A stretch of DNA of 64,000 bases from an uncultured Bacilli bacterium. GTDB taxonomy: Bacteria; Bacillota_I; Bacilli_A; RF39; UBA660. A program made the translations under genes and the position numbers. The DNA lies in NCBI GenBank assembly GCA_947626055.1, contig CANQQP010000001.1, positions 10,672-74,671 on the forward strand, given 5' to 3'. The notes beneath the pieces are model-generated. The model was not told where the DNA came from and searched no databases. It saw only the letters and a program-made list of their open reading frames with translations. How positions within the stretch are numbered: the stretch's first letter is position 1; every line of letters begins with the position of its first letter. Shown in pieces: positions 18,362 through 28,648 of this stretch.

Positions 18362-18401
18362 AGAATATTGCTCTAATTTTTTTATGAAAAAGGGTGAAGA
18401 A

Positions 18402-18878
18402 ATGAAAATATTAAAAGAAGTATATCCATATATTATCATATTAGTTGTTGTTATTTTAATCAGAACTTTTATTGCGACCCCAGTTAAAGTTGATGGCTCT
18501 TCTATGTTTCCGACTTTAAAAGGCAACGAAATAATGATTTTAAATAAATTAGGAAAACCAAAACGTTTTAGTATTGTTGTTGTGGCTCAAGAACCAGATG
18601 ATTTAATCAAAAGAGTCATTGGTCTTCCTAATGAAACAATTGAAATAAGTAATAATAATATTTATATTAATGGTAAAAAAATCCAAGATAAATATGGAGA
18701 TGGGACAACTAGTAATTACCAAAAAATAAAACTGAAAAAAGATGAATATTTTGTTTTAGGTGACAATCGCGAAAATTCTCGTGATAGTCGTTCGATTGGT
18801 CCGATAAAAAAAGAAAAAATTAAAGGAACAACAAGTATTGTTATTTTTCCCTTTAATAAAATTGGCAAAGTAAATTAA
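18402..18878 (+). CDS. lepB: Signal peptidase I
   Basis: TM helix, catalytic GSSMFPTL (Ser) and RVIGLP box, and GDNRENSRDSR box E. RBS AGGGTGAAG precedes the ATG at 18402. The ORF is open from 18384. Confidence 0.85.
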   Translation: MKILKEVYPYIIILVVVILIRTFIATPVKVDGSSMFPTLKGNEIMILNKLGKPKRFSIVVVAQEPDDLIKRVIGLPNETIEISNNNIYINGKKIQDKYGDGTTSNYQKIKLKKDEYFVLGDNRENSRDSRSIGPIKKEKIKGTTSIVIFPFNKIGKVN

Positions 18879-19035
18879 AATATGTATAAAATCACTTGTT
18901 TATGCATATTTTTTTTGATAGAATAGATTTGGCTTGTTAGTCAAATAGACATGTTTAGGGATTTATATTGCGAGTGCCGAAGAGGTGTGATATAAAGTTG
19001 AACTAAGCAGATGAATTAACGAAGGAGGAATGATT

Positions 19036-20025
19036 ATGGAAGCCGTAGTTTCTATGAGTTATTTATTAGAAGCTGGAGTTCATTTTGGTCATCAAACAAA
19101 AAGATGGAATCCCAAAATGAAAGAGTATATTTTTACAACAAGAGATGACATTTATATTATCGATTTACAAAAAACAGTAGAGTGTATTGAAAAAGCTTAT
19201 GCTGCTATTAAAGAGATTGCTGCAAATGGAGGAACTTTCTTATTTGTAGGTACTAAAAAGCAAGCAAGTGAAGCAAGTAAAGAAGAAGCCTTACGTTCTA
19301 AATCTTTCTATGTTACGGAAAGATGGTTAGGTGGAACTCTTACTAACTTTAGAACAATTAGAAGAAGAGTAAAAAGATTAGAAGAAATCGAAAAAATGGA
19401 AGAAGATGGAACATTTGATGTTCTTCCTAAAAAAGAAGTAGTAGGACTTAAGAAAGAATATGAAAAATTAAATAGAGTTCTTTGTGGTATTAGAGATATG
19501 AATAAATTACCACAAGCTATGATAATAGTTGATCCTAAAAAGGAAATAAATGCTATTAGAGAAGCTAGAAAATTAAATATTCCGGTATTTGGAATTGTTG
19601 ATACAAATTGTGATCCAGATGATGTTGATTACGTTATTCCTGGTAATGATGATGCTGTTCGTTCTGTTAAAGTAGTATTAGGAGTATTAAATAATGCTAT
19701 TTGTGAAGCTAATGGTTTAGAAATGGTTGATTATGTAACCGAAGAAGATAAAAAAGGTAAAAAAGAAACGAAAATGCCAGATATGAACGAAGTAGCTAAA
19801 CCAAAAGAAGAAACTAAAAAAGAAGTTAAAGAAGAAGTAAAAGTTAAAGAAGAAAAGAAAGAACCTGCAAAAAAAGAAACTGCCAAAGAAACTAAAAAAG
19901 AAGAACCAAAAGAAGATTTAGCTAGTAAAACTTTAACTGAGCTTAAAGCTATTGCTAAAGAAAGAGGTATTAAAGGTTATTCAACAATGAAAAAAGATGA
20001 ATTAGTTCAAACTTTAAATAAATAG
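19036..20025 (+). CDS. rpsB: 30S ribosomal protein S2 with a roughly 90-aa Lys/Glu-rich C-terminal extension ending in a Rho_N-like motif
   Basis: N-terminal [17 protein letters not shown] is the S2 signature. GGAGG sits 7 nt upstream of the ATG at 19036. The C-terminal tail ..[37 protein letters not shown] resembles the Rho N-terminal domain motif. Confidence 0.9.
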   Translation: MEAVVSMSYLLEAGVHFGHQTKRWNPKMKEYIFTTRDDIYIIDLQKTVECIEKAYAAIKEIAANGGTFLFVGTKKQASEASKEEALRSKSFYVTERWLGGTLTNFRTIRRRVKRLEEIEKMEEDGTFDVLPKKEVVGLKKEYEKLNRVLCGIRDMNKLPQAMIIVDPKKEINAIREARKLNIPVFGIVDTNCDPDDVDYVIPGNDDAVRSVKVVLGVLNNAICEANGLEMVDYVTEEDKKGKKETKMPDMNEVAKPKEETKKEVKEEVKVKEEKKEPAKKETAKETKKEEPKEDLASKTLTELKAIAKERGIKGYSTMKKDELVQTLNK

Positions 20026-20039
20026 AAAGAAGGGAAAAA

Positions 20040-20915
20040 ATGATTAGTGCAAAAGATGTAAAAGAATTACGTGAAGCTACTGGAGCTGGAATGATGGACT
20101 GTAAAAAAGCCTTAAGCGAATGTAATGGCGATATGGCTGCAGCAACTGATTGGTTAAGAGAAAAAGGTTTTGCTAAAGCTAGTAAAAAAAGTTCACGTAT
20201 TGCTGCAGAAGGTCTTGCTAATATTTTTGTTGATGGCAACAAAGCAGTTATCGTAGAAGTTAATTCCGAAACGGACTTTGTATCCAAAAATGCTGAATTT
20301 GTAGAAATGATTGATATCATTGGTAATGCTATTTTAAAAAGTGAAGCAACTACTGTAGAAGAAGCTTTAGAATTAAAGCTGGAAGAGGGAACTATTAATG
20401 ATTTAATAGTTGCCAAGACTGCTAAAATTGGTGAGAAATTATCTCTAAGAAGAATTGCTGTAATTACTAAAGAAGATACAGATAATTTTGGGGCATATTT
20501 ACATATGGGTGGTAAAATTGCTGCTTTAACAGTGATTAAAGACGGTAGTGAAGAAATTGCTAAAGATGTCGCAATGCAAGCTGCTGCTATGAAACCTCAA
20601 TATGTTTTTAAAGAAGATGTTCCGGAAGAAGTTGTGGAAAAAGAAAGAGAAGTATTAAAAGCCCAAGCAATGGAAGAAGGAAAACCAGCAGATATAGCAG
20701 AAAAAATGGTAGCTGGTAGAATCAATAAATTTTATAAAGAAATTTGTCTTGCTAATCAAGCGTTCATTAAAGATGGCGATATAGATGTTACTACTTATTT
20801 AAAAAATAATAATAGTGAACTTAAAACTATGGTTCGTTATGAAGTAGGCGAAGGAATGGAAAAAAGAGAAGAAAACTTTGCTGAAGAAGTAATGAATCAA
20901 ATTAAAGGTAATTAA
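20040..20915 (+). CDS. tsf: Elongation factor Ts
   Basis: 291 aa. N-terminal UBA-like VKELREATGAGMMDCKKAL and the LHMGGKI region. Confidence 0.95.
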   Translation: MISAKDVKELREATGAGMMDCKKALSECNGDMAAATDWLREKGFAKASKKSSRIAAEGLANIFVDGNKAVIVEVNSETDFVSKNAEFVEMIDIIGNAILKSEATTVEEALELKLEEGTINDLIVAKTAKIGEKLSLRRIAVITKEDTDNFGAYLHMGGKIAALTVIKDGSEEIAKDVAMQAAAMKPQYVFKEDVPEEVVEKEREVLKAQAMEEGKPADIAEKMVAGRINKFYKEICLANQAFIKDGDIDVTTYLKNNNSELKTMVRYEVGEGMEKREENFAEEVMNQIKGN

Positions 20916-20945
20916 AAATATAGCTAAGATTTAGCTATATTTTTT
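20914..20945. terminator. Bidirectional terminator shared by tsf (+) and the gerAB-like gene (-)
   Basis: 10-bp stem atatagctaa/ttagctatat with a 3-nt loop. T-run downstream and A-run upstream. Confidence 0.6.
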
Positions 20946-21979
20946 GTATGTTTTAATATAAATAAACAAGATAATATCACGATTATAAAACCGCCTAAAA
21001 TAAAACATTCGAGATTATATAAATCTAAGGCTAAATAATAATGTTTATTAAAGACATATACGGCAATCAACATAATTAACACTGTCCAACCTAAATACAT
21101 TATTTTAGATATAGATGGTTTATTTATGCTCATTTTAAATATCTTCTTGATATTGTAAGCGCTCATAAAACCTAAGACTATTAAATCAAATAACCAAGTG
21201 AACGTTAATATATTTTCAATATTCTCAATAAAATTGTAAATTCTCAGTTTCTTTAAAGTCATATATTCGGGGAATCTTAGGATATTTGCTAAAGTTGGTC
21301 CTAAAACGCCATTAACAGATATTAAGGTTAAAATAATAGTGCCACTGCCTATTAAATATCCGAAAATAAAGTCTTTATAATTTAGTTTAACTTTATCTAC
21401 ATTAACTAAAAGTAAAGATGGCACCGTACTTAATAAAGCGTAGACAATGCTGGCTTTTATAATGCCTAATTTATGACCATAAAGAAAAGGCAGAAAATTA
21501 TTATAATCCGTAATTATTAAACTAGAGCCGACTTTAAAGGCAAAGATAACAAGACTTATAGGAAGTAATATTTCGGCCACTTTGGCAAAAGAAGCAACAC
21601 CTTTGTAATTACCATATATTATTGTCAGTAAAACCGCAATGGCAATGATAATTGATGGTGTTTGAGGTAATAAAAATGATGATGTCATAGTAGTTAAAGA
21701 TAAAAAAACATCATGGATACAAAAAGAAGCAAGCAGAAGAACTAGTATTTTGGTTATAGAACCCCAAAAACCATGTTTTAAAAATTGGCTAAAATTTAAA
21801 TTACCTTTTTTTAAATAGTAAATTAAACTAATTATTCCTAATCCGATTAAAGTCCCAATAATCCCGCTTATCCAGGCATCATTTTTGCTTAAATGAAATA
21901 TTTTGGTAATACCTAGACCAAAAAATAATGATCTAGTTAAAAAGAAACTTAATATTTTATATTGTCTTTTAGTTATCAA
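20924..21979 (-). CDS. Spore germination protein, GerAB/GerKB-type permease subunit
   Basis: 351 aa with about 10 TM segments, consistent with the APC-like GerxB family. It is part of a three-gene cluster with GerxA and GerxC. Confidence 0.75.
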   Translation of the reverse strand: MITKRQYKILSFFLTRSLFFGLGITKIFHLSKNDAWISGIIGTLIGLGIISLIYYLKKGNLNFSQFLKHGFWGSITKILVLLLASFCIHDVFLSLTTMTSSFLLPQTPSIIIAIAVLLTIIYGNYKGVASFAKVAEILLPISLVIFAFKVGSSLIITDYNNFLPFLYGHKLGIIKASIVYALLSTVPSLLLVNVDKVKLNYKDFIFGYLIGSGTIILTLISVNGVLGPTLANILRFPEYMTLKKLRIYNFIENIENILTFTWLFDLIVLGFMSAYNIKKIFKMSINKPSISKIMYLGWTVLIMLIAVYVFNKHYYLALDLYNLECFILGGFIIVILSCLFILKHTKNIAKS

Positions 21980-23046
21980 TTTATCACCTCAAATGCTTGG
22001 CCATTTCTATTTACTTCTAAATTTACCTCAATTTTGTAATTTAATTTTTTCCAAATGTTTTTTTCATATTTAACGGGATAGGTTCGATAATATAAATTCC
22101 TTATGCCCAGAAAATCACTATTAGTATCGATAGATTTTTCAATTAATTTTTTGATATCTTTTTTAATTAGTTTGCTAAAATCTTGAGAGAGCTTTTTGTT
22201 AATCTTGCCGGTTCTTAAGACGTAATCTTTATTTAAACAACGAATTAATCCTTCAGCATTAACTTTTATATGCACTGTATTATTTTTAAGTTTTATTTTC
22301 GTATTATTTTTATATACTGTTATGGCAATATTTTGTTTACTATATAAGGCATTTTCGACTTTATCGTTTAAAAGATTAACAGTTTGCGATTCATTTTTAG
22401 TTAAATATTCTTTTAACTTATCCTTAATGAAAACTCCGGAACTTGCTAAAGATATTTTGGAATTATTTAATGTAACGGAAGGAATAAGAATATCTTTTTT
22501 ACCTTCTTTTAATTGGGCATATAAATAATCAAATTCACTATGTAAATCAAATATTTCGGCATCATTTTGATTTTTAAATAAACCAATTAAAGCATTGGAT
22601 ACAACTGGTTCATTTTTAATTTTAGTTGCTAAGATTTTTTTGGCACTAGTATCTTTAGCAATAATATAATAAAAGTTGTTAGAAATATGAATATCTCTAA
22701 ATAAATAATTGGATAGATGTTTAATGCCTTCCTTTTGAGCCAATGATTCATCTAATAAAACTACTTGTAAATGATCAAAGATAACTTTTTTATCAACTTT
22801 GCCAATCGTATTATTAAAGGCTTTGGCAGGATTTTCCCCTTGACCTGTGACGAGCATTGTTTTGGATTGGCTTTGACTACCGGAATCATCTTTCTGTAAA
22901 ATAATTATTTCAAAAGTTATTTCGTATTTATTATTTTTATAAGCAGCGGCGATACCGGAAATTATTGCGGTATCATTTAATTCGGTGTAATCATAGCAAC
23001 CTGTAAAAAAAAGCAGAGTAATAATTAAGATAATAATTTTTTTCAT
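21976..23046 (-). CDS. Spore germination protein, GerAC-type lipoprotein subunit
   Basis: Lipoprotein signal ..LLFFTGC. The length and position between the A and B subunits are typical of GerxC. Confidence 0.75.
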   Translation of the reverse strand: MKKIIILIITLLFFTGCYDYTELNDTAIISGIAAAYKNNKYEITFEIIILQKDDSGSQSQSKTMLVTGQGENPAKAFNNTIGKVDKKVIFDHLQVVLLDESLAQKEGIKHLSNYLFRDIHISNNFYYIIAKDTSAKKILATKIKNEPVVSNALIGLFKNQNDAEIFDLHSEFDYLYAQLKEGKKDILIPSVTLNNSKISLASSGVFIKDKLKEYLTKNESQTVNLLNDKVENALYSKQNIAITVYKNNTKIKLKNNTVHIKVNAEGLIRCLNKDYVLRTGKINKKLSQDFSKLIKKDIKKLIEKSIDTNSDFLGIRNLYYRTYPVKYEKNIWKKLNYKIEVNLEVNRNGQAFEVIN

Positions 23047-24452
23047 ATTTTATTTTCTCCCTGAGAAACATAATTTTTATTGGTCAGCATTTTGCTGCGG
23101 AGACGATCTTTAATTTTCGGTTTTTGAAATAATTCTTTTCGAAAATAATTTAGATCAAAAGGTGCCAGTGGGTAAGAAAAAGGTTTATCATAAGAAGAAG
23201 TATTACATAAATGTGTCAGAAAAATAACCCCGGCTATTACTAGGCCAAATAAGCCAAAAAAGGCAGCGGCCAGTAAGAATAAGAAGCGAAAATGTCTTAT
23301 CGAATTAATAAATTCTAATTCGGTAAATATTAAGCTAGTAATGAAAGTTAAAGCAACCACAATAATCATAATAGGGGAAACTATGCCCGCTGTTACGGCT
23401 GATTCTCCTAAAATTAAAGCTCCTAAGATGGAAATAGAACTACCATAAGAAGAGGGAAAACGAATATCGCTTTCTCTTAGAACTTCACAAATTAAAAGCA
23501 TTATAATTGCTTCTACCGCAGCGGGAAAGGGGACCCCATCTCTTTGGGTGGCAAAATTAACTAAGAGATTTAAAGGAATAACTTCAGGATTATAATTTAT
23601 AATTGCAATATAAAGAGCGGGAACTAAAATAGTTAAAATCAGACAAGCTAAACGAATAACTTTTAAAAAATTAATATTTAAACTTTTACTATATTGATCG
23701 ACTTGCGGATTAATATAATCTACAAAAAATACGGGTAAAACTAGTGCAAAAGGCGAAGTATCCACTAAAATAACAATTCGTCCTTCTAACAAATTAGCTG
23801 AAGCATAATCCGGGCGTTCTGTTGATCTAATTGTCGGAAACGGTGATTTATTATTTTTTTCTAAAAGTTGATGAATATTACCAGAATCAATAATACCGTC
23901 AATATCAATACTTTTGAGCTGTTGTTTTACTTTTTTTACTGTTGCTTCCTCGGCAATATCATTTAGATATAATATTGATACTTTAGTTTTGGTCTTACGT
24001 CCTATAATAAAATCCTCATTAATTAAAGTATTAGATTTAATACGTCTTTTAATTAAACCTAAATTATTTTGAATATTTTCATTAAAGGCATCTTTAGGTC
24101 CATAAATAGCCGGTTGGGTTTCAGGTGTGGTAATACTCCGATTAATATCGGCTTTGACTTCGACAGCATAAGCGTCATTTTCATAAATAATTAAAACAAA
24201 GCCATTTCCTAAATAAAATTCTAATTGGTCATATTTTTGAATTTTGGTTGTATTTGGTCCTGCTATTAATGATTCTAAATTATGCCCATTTTTTTTATTG
24301 GTTAAAGAGAGTTCTTTTAAAACATAATCATTAATGCGATCGCTACTAGAAACACTTTCTAAATATATGATATAAATATTATTAACGGTTTTTATTATTA
24401 AATCGGAGCTGTCAAAAAATTCCTTTTGTAAACGTTCCACAATTTTGTTCAT
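23043..24452 (-). CDS. Spore germination protein, GerAA-type subunit
   Basis: About 470 aa. N-terminal soluble domain plus C-terminal 4-5 TM helices, as in GerAA/GerKA. The likely start is MNKIV (24452), which has a GGTGA RBS. The ORF is open to 24479. Confidence 0.8.
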   Translation of the reverse strand: MNKIVERLQKEFFDSSDLIIKTVNNIYIIYLESVSSSDRINDYVLKELSLTNKKNGHNLESLIAGPNTTKIQKYDQLEFYLGNGFVLIIYENDAYAVEVKADINRSITTPETQPAIYGPKDAFNENIQNNLGLIKRRIKSNTLINEDFIIGRKTKTKVSILYLNDIAEEATVKKVKQQLKSIDIDGIIDSGNIHQLLEKNNKSPFPTIRSTERPDYASANLLEGRIVILVDTSPFALVLPVFFVDYINPQVDQYSKSLNINFLKVIRLACLILTILVPALYIAIINYNPEVIPLNLLVNFATQRDGVPFPAAVEAIIMLLICEVLRESDIRFPSSYGSSISILGALILGESAVTAGIVSPIMIIVVALTFITSLIFTELEFINSIRHFRFLFLLAAAFFGLFGLVIAGVIFLTHLCNTSSYDKPFSYPLAPFDLNYFRKELFQKPKIKDRLRSKMLTNKNYVSQGENKI

Positions 24453-24553
24453 ATTCTTCACCATTTTTATTCTTGGCAAAATATGGTAGTTATATGCATT
24501 TTATCTTGGTGATTTTCAGAAAATATATTATAATAATACCTGCAGGTGAGAGT

Positions 24554-25738
24554 ATGGAAAAATTATTTCAAGTAATGAATTTAAATAATCAAAAAAAGGT
24601 AGGGAATTTAACTAGTGAAGCTAAAGGCAAAGTTAAAAGTACCAAACATTTTCCAATTTTTAATATAGATAATGAAGAATATATATTTAAACCGCTTTCT
24701 AAAACGAAACCTTATACAACGCCGTTATTTGCTTATAGTGAAGTATATTGGTCTTATATTGTCAAAACATATTTTGATAATCAGGCGCCGTTATATCGTT
24801 TAGCAATTTATGAAAATATGTCTAAAGAACAAGAAAAATATTATAATAAAGGAACGATAGTTAAAAATCTAGTTAATCACAAACAAAAATTAGTTAATAT
24901 ATATGAATATTTTCTAGATCATCCAGAAAATAATTTAGATATAGAAAATTATATTAATTATTGTGAAAAATTTTATGATTATAAAAATATTTTAGAAACT
25001 AAATTTTTAAAAAACAATCCCCAATTGGGGCGCAAGATTGCAGAGCAAATATTATTATCTATTTTAAGAGGTGATCAAAATTATCATTATGAAAATGTTA
25101 ATTTAATTGCTGAGGAAGAGCAAATCATTGATGTCGCTCCACCAATAGATTACGAATTCTCAACTATGTTTTTTTGCCCTGAATTTCTTGATAAACACAT
25201 TATGGCGGTAGATGCTTTTTATAATTCTTTAATTCCTATTAGTCAAGATTGGTTACAAACTATAATGTCGGAATCAGGAATGTCTAAAGAAGAAGTAATG
25301 GAAAAATTTCAATCAGCCAATTATAGAAATTTAATAACGATTATAAAACTATACCCTGATTTAATAACGGAATTTTTAGCTAAATTAAACAAGCTAATGC
25401 AAGATATTAACACTTTAAAAATTACTGATGAAAACAATTTTATTACACCTTTTAATAGTTATTATTTTCAGGTCGGTCAATTTCGTTACAAACAAAAGGA
25501 TGAAGAAGCAGCCAAAAAAGCCGAAGATTTATTAAAGCTAGTTGCTATCGATAAAGAAAAATGTTTTAATGAAATAATTAAAGAAACCTATTTTAGTGCC
25601 TATTATTTAACTAATATTATTCAAAAGTATCAAGCTTTAATTTCTCTTGATATTCCTAATTTGGAAAATTTAACATTTGAAGAAATCGAAAAATTATTAA
25701 ATGAAAAAACAAACTTTAAAAGAGTATTATTTAAATAA
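24554..25738 (+). CDS. Hypothetical protein (possible atypical kinase-like fold)
   Basis: ORF open from 24473. The ATG at 24554 has RBS AGGTGAGAGT. No confident family assignment. Confidence 0.5.
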   Translation: MEKLFQVMNLNNQKKVGNLTSEAKGKVKSTKHFPIFNIDNEEYIFKPLSKTKPYTTPLFAYSEVYWSYIVKTYFDNQAPLYRLAIYENMSKEQEKYYNKGTIVKNLVNHKQKLVNIYEYFLDHPENNLDIENYINYCEKFYDYKNILETKFLKNNPQLGRKIAEQILLSILRGDQNYHYENVNLIAEEEQIIDVAPPIDYEFSTMFFCPEFLDKHIMAVDAFYNSLIPISQDWLQTIMSESGMSKEEVMEKFQSANYRNLITIIKLYPDLITEFLAKLNKLMQDINTLKITDENNFITPFNSYYFQVGQFRYKQKDEEAAKKAEDLLKLVAIDKEKCFNEIIKETYFSAYYLTNIIQKYQALISLDIPNLENLTFEEIEKLLNEKTNFKRVLFK

Positions 25739-26173
25739 TTATCTAAAGTTTGTTTCTTTTTTTAATTTTAGTAAATTATTTTGTTCTAATGACTTAAAAT
25801 CATAAGAAGGTGTGTTATCGATTTTAGTGTAATTTGCGAATATAGCTAAACGATATTCTTGATTTAAAATAAAAATATTATAGACAATAGTATTTTTTAT
25901 ATTTAAAGAATTTTTATATCCGTTTATTTCATAAATAATTTGATAATTATTAGTTATTTGATCCACTAAACCTGGAATAAAAGATTGATGGCTGCAACTA
26001 GGTTTAATAGCGACTTTCAAATGATTATCTTGAATTAGTTCCATATAAGTAACATCATCTTCCTGCCAAATAGAGCCGAGAAGGTTATCGCTATTATCAG
26101 TTATTAAGTAATCATAACTAATTTTTCCTACAATATTAAAAATTTTTAGTAGATAATTTAGAATATCATTCAT
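25739..26173 (-). CDS. Hypothetical protein
   Basis: ORF with RBS GGGGTG before MNDIL. Function unknown. Confidence 0.45.
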   Translation of the reverse strand: MNDILNYLLKIFNIVGKISYDYLITDNSDNLLGSIWQEDDVTYMELIQDNHLKVAIKPSCSHQSFIPGLVDQITNNYQIIYEINGYKNSLNIKNTIVYNIFILNQEYRLAIFANYTKIDNTPSYDFKSLEQNNLLKLKKETNFR

Positions 26174-26278
26174 CCCAGACACCCCTTTCAAATATAGGTA
26201 TAATACCATATTTTTATATTTTTGCAATAATAAGTTGCATAAAAGAGTTTTCTAAGATAAGATAACTTTGGTGATATT

Positions 26279-27472
26279 ATGGCAATAATTAATAAACTTG
26301 ATCACTTTGGTAGAGGAATAATTTTTGATGAAAAAATTACCTTCGTTAATTATGCTTTACCTTCCGAAGAGATAGATTATCAAATTATTAAAAAAAGCAA
26401 AAAGTATAATCTTGCCCAAATAACTAATTTAAAAACCAAAAGTGCCGATCGCGTAGATGTGCCTTGTCCTTATTTTTTTAAGTGTGGAGGTTGTGCTTTA
26501 GAACATTTAAAATACTCTAGAACTCTCGAGTTTAAAAAAGAAAAAGTGGAAGAAATTCTTAATAAATATGCGAAAATTAAAAGTAATATAAATGTTATTG
26601 AAAATCCTCATCCTTATAATTATCGAAATAAATTATCTTTAAAGATTAAAAATGGTAAACTAGGTTTTTATGAAACAAAAAGTCATAAATTGGTAGAAAT
26701 TACGCAATGTTTATTAGCTCAAGAAAGTATTAATCAAATAATTAAGGACATTTCTTACTTTCATTTAAAAAATGCCGATATAACTTTTAGAACGAATTAC
26801 AATAATGAATTATTAATTATTATTCAAACTGCTGATAAAATAAATATTGATTTACCTTATTTAACTCAAAAACATAAAATAGTAGGAATCATAATAAATG
26901 ATGCTATATTTTATGGTGAAGATAAATTTATAGAAAAAGTTGCTAATAGATTATTTCAGGTTAGTTATAATTCTTTTTTTCAAATTAATCCCTATGTAAC
27001 TTCAAAAATTTTTGAGATAGTAACTGAAAATGTACAAAAGGAAAGTATTGTGGCGGACTTATATTGTGGTGTGGGAACTCTAGGAATTGTTGCTGCTCAA
27101 AAAGCTTGTCAAGTTTATGGTATTGAAATCGTACCGAATGCAATCAAAAATGCCTTGATAAATAAAAAAATGAATAAATGCTCTAATATTGAATTTTGTT
27201 TAGGGGATGCTAAAGAGGTTATTGATAAAATAAAAGCCAAGATTGATACAATTATTATCGATCCGCCTCGTAATGGGCTTAGTCAAGAGGCTTTAAGTAA
27301 TATTTTAAAAATCACTCCTAAGGATTTAATATATATTTCGTGTGATCCTATGACTTTAGCTAGGGATTTAAAAGTTTTAAAAGAGAAATATATAATAAAA
27401 AAAATATATATTGCCGATATGTTTAGTTATACTTATCATGTAGAAACTGTATGTATTTTAAGTCTAATATAA
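26279..27472 (+). CDS. 23S rRNA (uracil-C5)-methyltransferase, RlmCD/RumA family (TRAM domain plus 4Fe-4S cysteines)
   Basis: 397 aa. CPYFFKCGGC iron-sulfur cysteine cluster, SAM-binding motif DLYCGVGT, and a C-terminal ..DPPR.G motif. Confidence 0.8.
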   Translation: MAIINKLDHFGRGIIFDEKITFVNYALPSEEIDYQIIKKSKKYNLAQITNLKTKSADRVDVPCPYFFKCGGCALEHLKYSRTLEFKKEKVEEILNKYAKIKSNINVIENPHPYNYRNKLSLKIKNGKLGFYETKSHKLVEITQCLLAQESINQIIKDISYFHLKNADITFRTNYNNELLIIIQTADKINIDLPYLTQKHKIVGIIINDAIFYGEDKFIEKVANRLFQVSYNSFFQINPYVTSKIFEIVTENVQKESIVADLYCGVGTLGIVAAQKACQVYGIEIVPNAIKNALINKKMNKCSNIEFCLGDAKEVIDKIKAKIDTIIIDPPRNGLSQEALSNILKITPKDLIYISCDPMTLARDLKVLKEKYIIKKIYIADMFSYTYHVETVCILSLI

Positions 27473-27500
27473 ACTTTTATAATGGGATTAAAGTAGAGTA

Positions 27501-27527
27501 GAGAATTTTAAAAATAATTCTTTTTTT
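27501..27527 (+). terminator. Intrinsic terminator after the methyltransferase gene
   Basis: Stem gaatt/aattc with an AT loop, followed by T7. Confidence 0.55.
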
Positions 27528-27594
27528 AATAATAAATGATTTATATTTAGTTAAAAAAATATATGAAAACAAAGTAAAGGAGGAAATTATTTTA

Positions 27595-28613
27595 ATGCAT
27601 AATTTAATTAATAAAGATGTTTATATCGATGATTTTTCTAAAATTGTCGAAATGATTGAAACTAGAAGAGATAATGCTTATAGAAAAGTAAATGAAGAGC
27701 TTATCGCCTTATATTGGGATGTAGGATGTTTTGTCAGTGAAAAAGTTCAAAGTAATAAATGGGGTAGCAAAGTGGTTGATAATTTAGCAATGTTTATAAA
27801 AGATAAATATCCTACTTTAAAAGGATTTAATAGACGTGGGATTTATAGAATGAAACAATTTTACGAAACATATAAAGATGATGAAATTGTGTCACCACTA
27901 GTGACACAATTAAGTGGACTAATAACTTATTAATTTTATCAGGAACCAAAACAAGAGAAGAAAGACAATTTTATATTAAAATGGCTATAAAAAACAATTA
28001 TTCAAAAATTGAATTGGATAGACAACTTTCAAGTGGTTATTATGAAAGGTATATGCTATCTGATAGAACAATAAAACCATCAGTAAATAAAACAATTGAT
28101 GAAGGTGATTATCCAAATACTAAATTGTTAGATGTATATTCATTAGAATTTTTAAATTTACCGAATGAATATTCGGAAGTTGATTTAAGAAAAGCTATTA
28201 TAAATAATTTAAAAAATTTTATTTTAGAAATTGGCAAGTCTTTTACATTTGTTGGGGAAGAATATAGAATCCAAGTTGGTAATGAAGATTTTTTTATTGA
28301 TCTTTTATTTTATAATCGCGAATTAACTTGTTTAGTAGCTTTTGAATTAAAAGTTGGCAAATTTAAACCTGAATATGTTTCCAAAATGGATTTTTATTTA
28401 GAAGCTTTAGATAAACAAGAAAAAAAATATAATGAAAATCCAAGTGTTGGAATAATATTATGCGCGGATAAAGATGAAAAAGTGGTAGAATATGCCATGA
28501 GCAGAACAATGTCTCCCACAATGGTTGCGGAATATAAATTAAAATTAATAGACAAAAAAATATTAGAAAATAAATTAAAAGAAATTTCCGTTTTTATAGA
28601 AAAAGACAAATAA
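27595..28613 (+). pseudogene. DUF1016/YhcG-family PD-(D/E)XK nuclease gene disrupted by a -1 frameshift near 27912-27916
   Basis: The N-terminal part (27595-27913) and the C-terminal part (frame 0, open from 27885) together reconstruct ..QLS[W]TNNLLILSGTKTREERQFYIKMAIKNNYS.. typical of DUF1016. The sequence reads agtggact where agtTggact would keep the frame. The C-terminal part has a PD-(D/E)XK-like region, FIDLLFYNRELTCLVAFELK. Confidence 0.65.
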
Positions 28614-28648
28614 TATTTTAAATTAGAATAATGGAATAGGAGGTAAGT

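Noticed and set aside
19780-19930. KE-rich low-complexity nucleotide repeat (aaagaaga/aaagaaac units) as a separate repeat element or small gene
   Set aside because: It is in frame with rpsB and continues without a stop into the Rho_N-like motif. It is interpreted as a C-terminal extension of S2.
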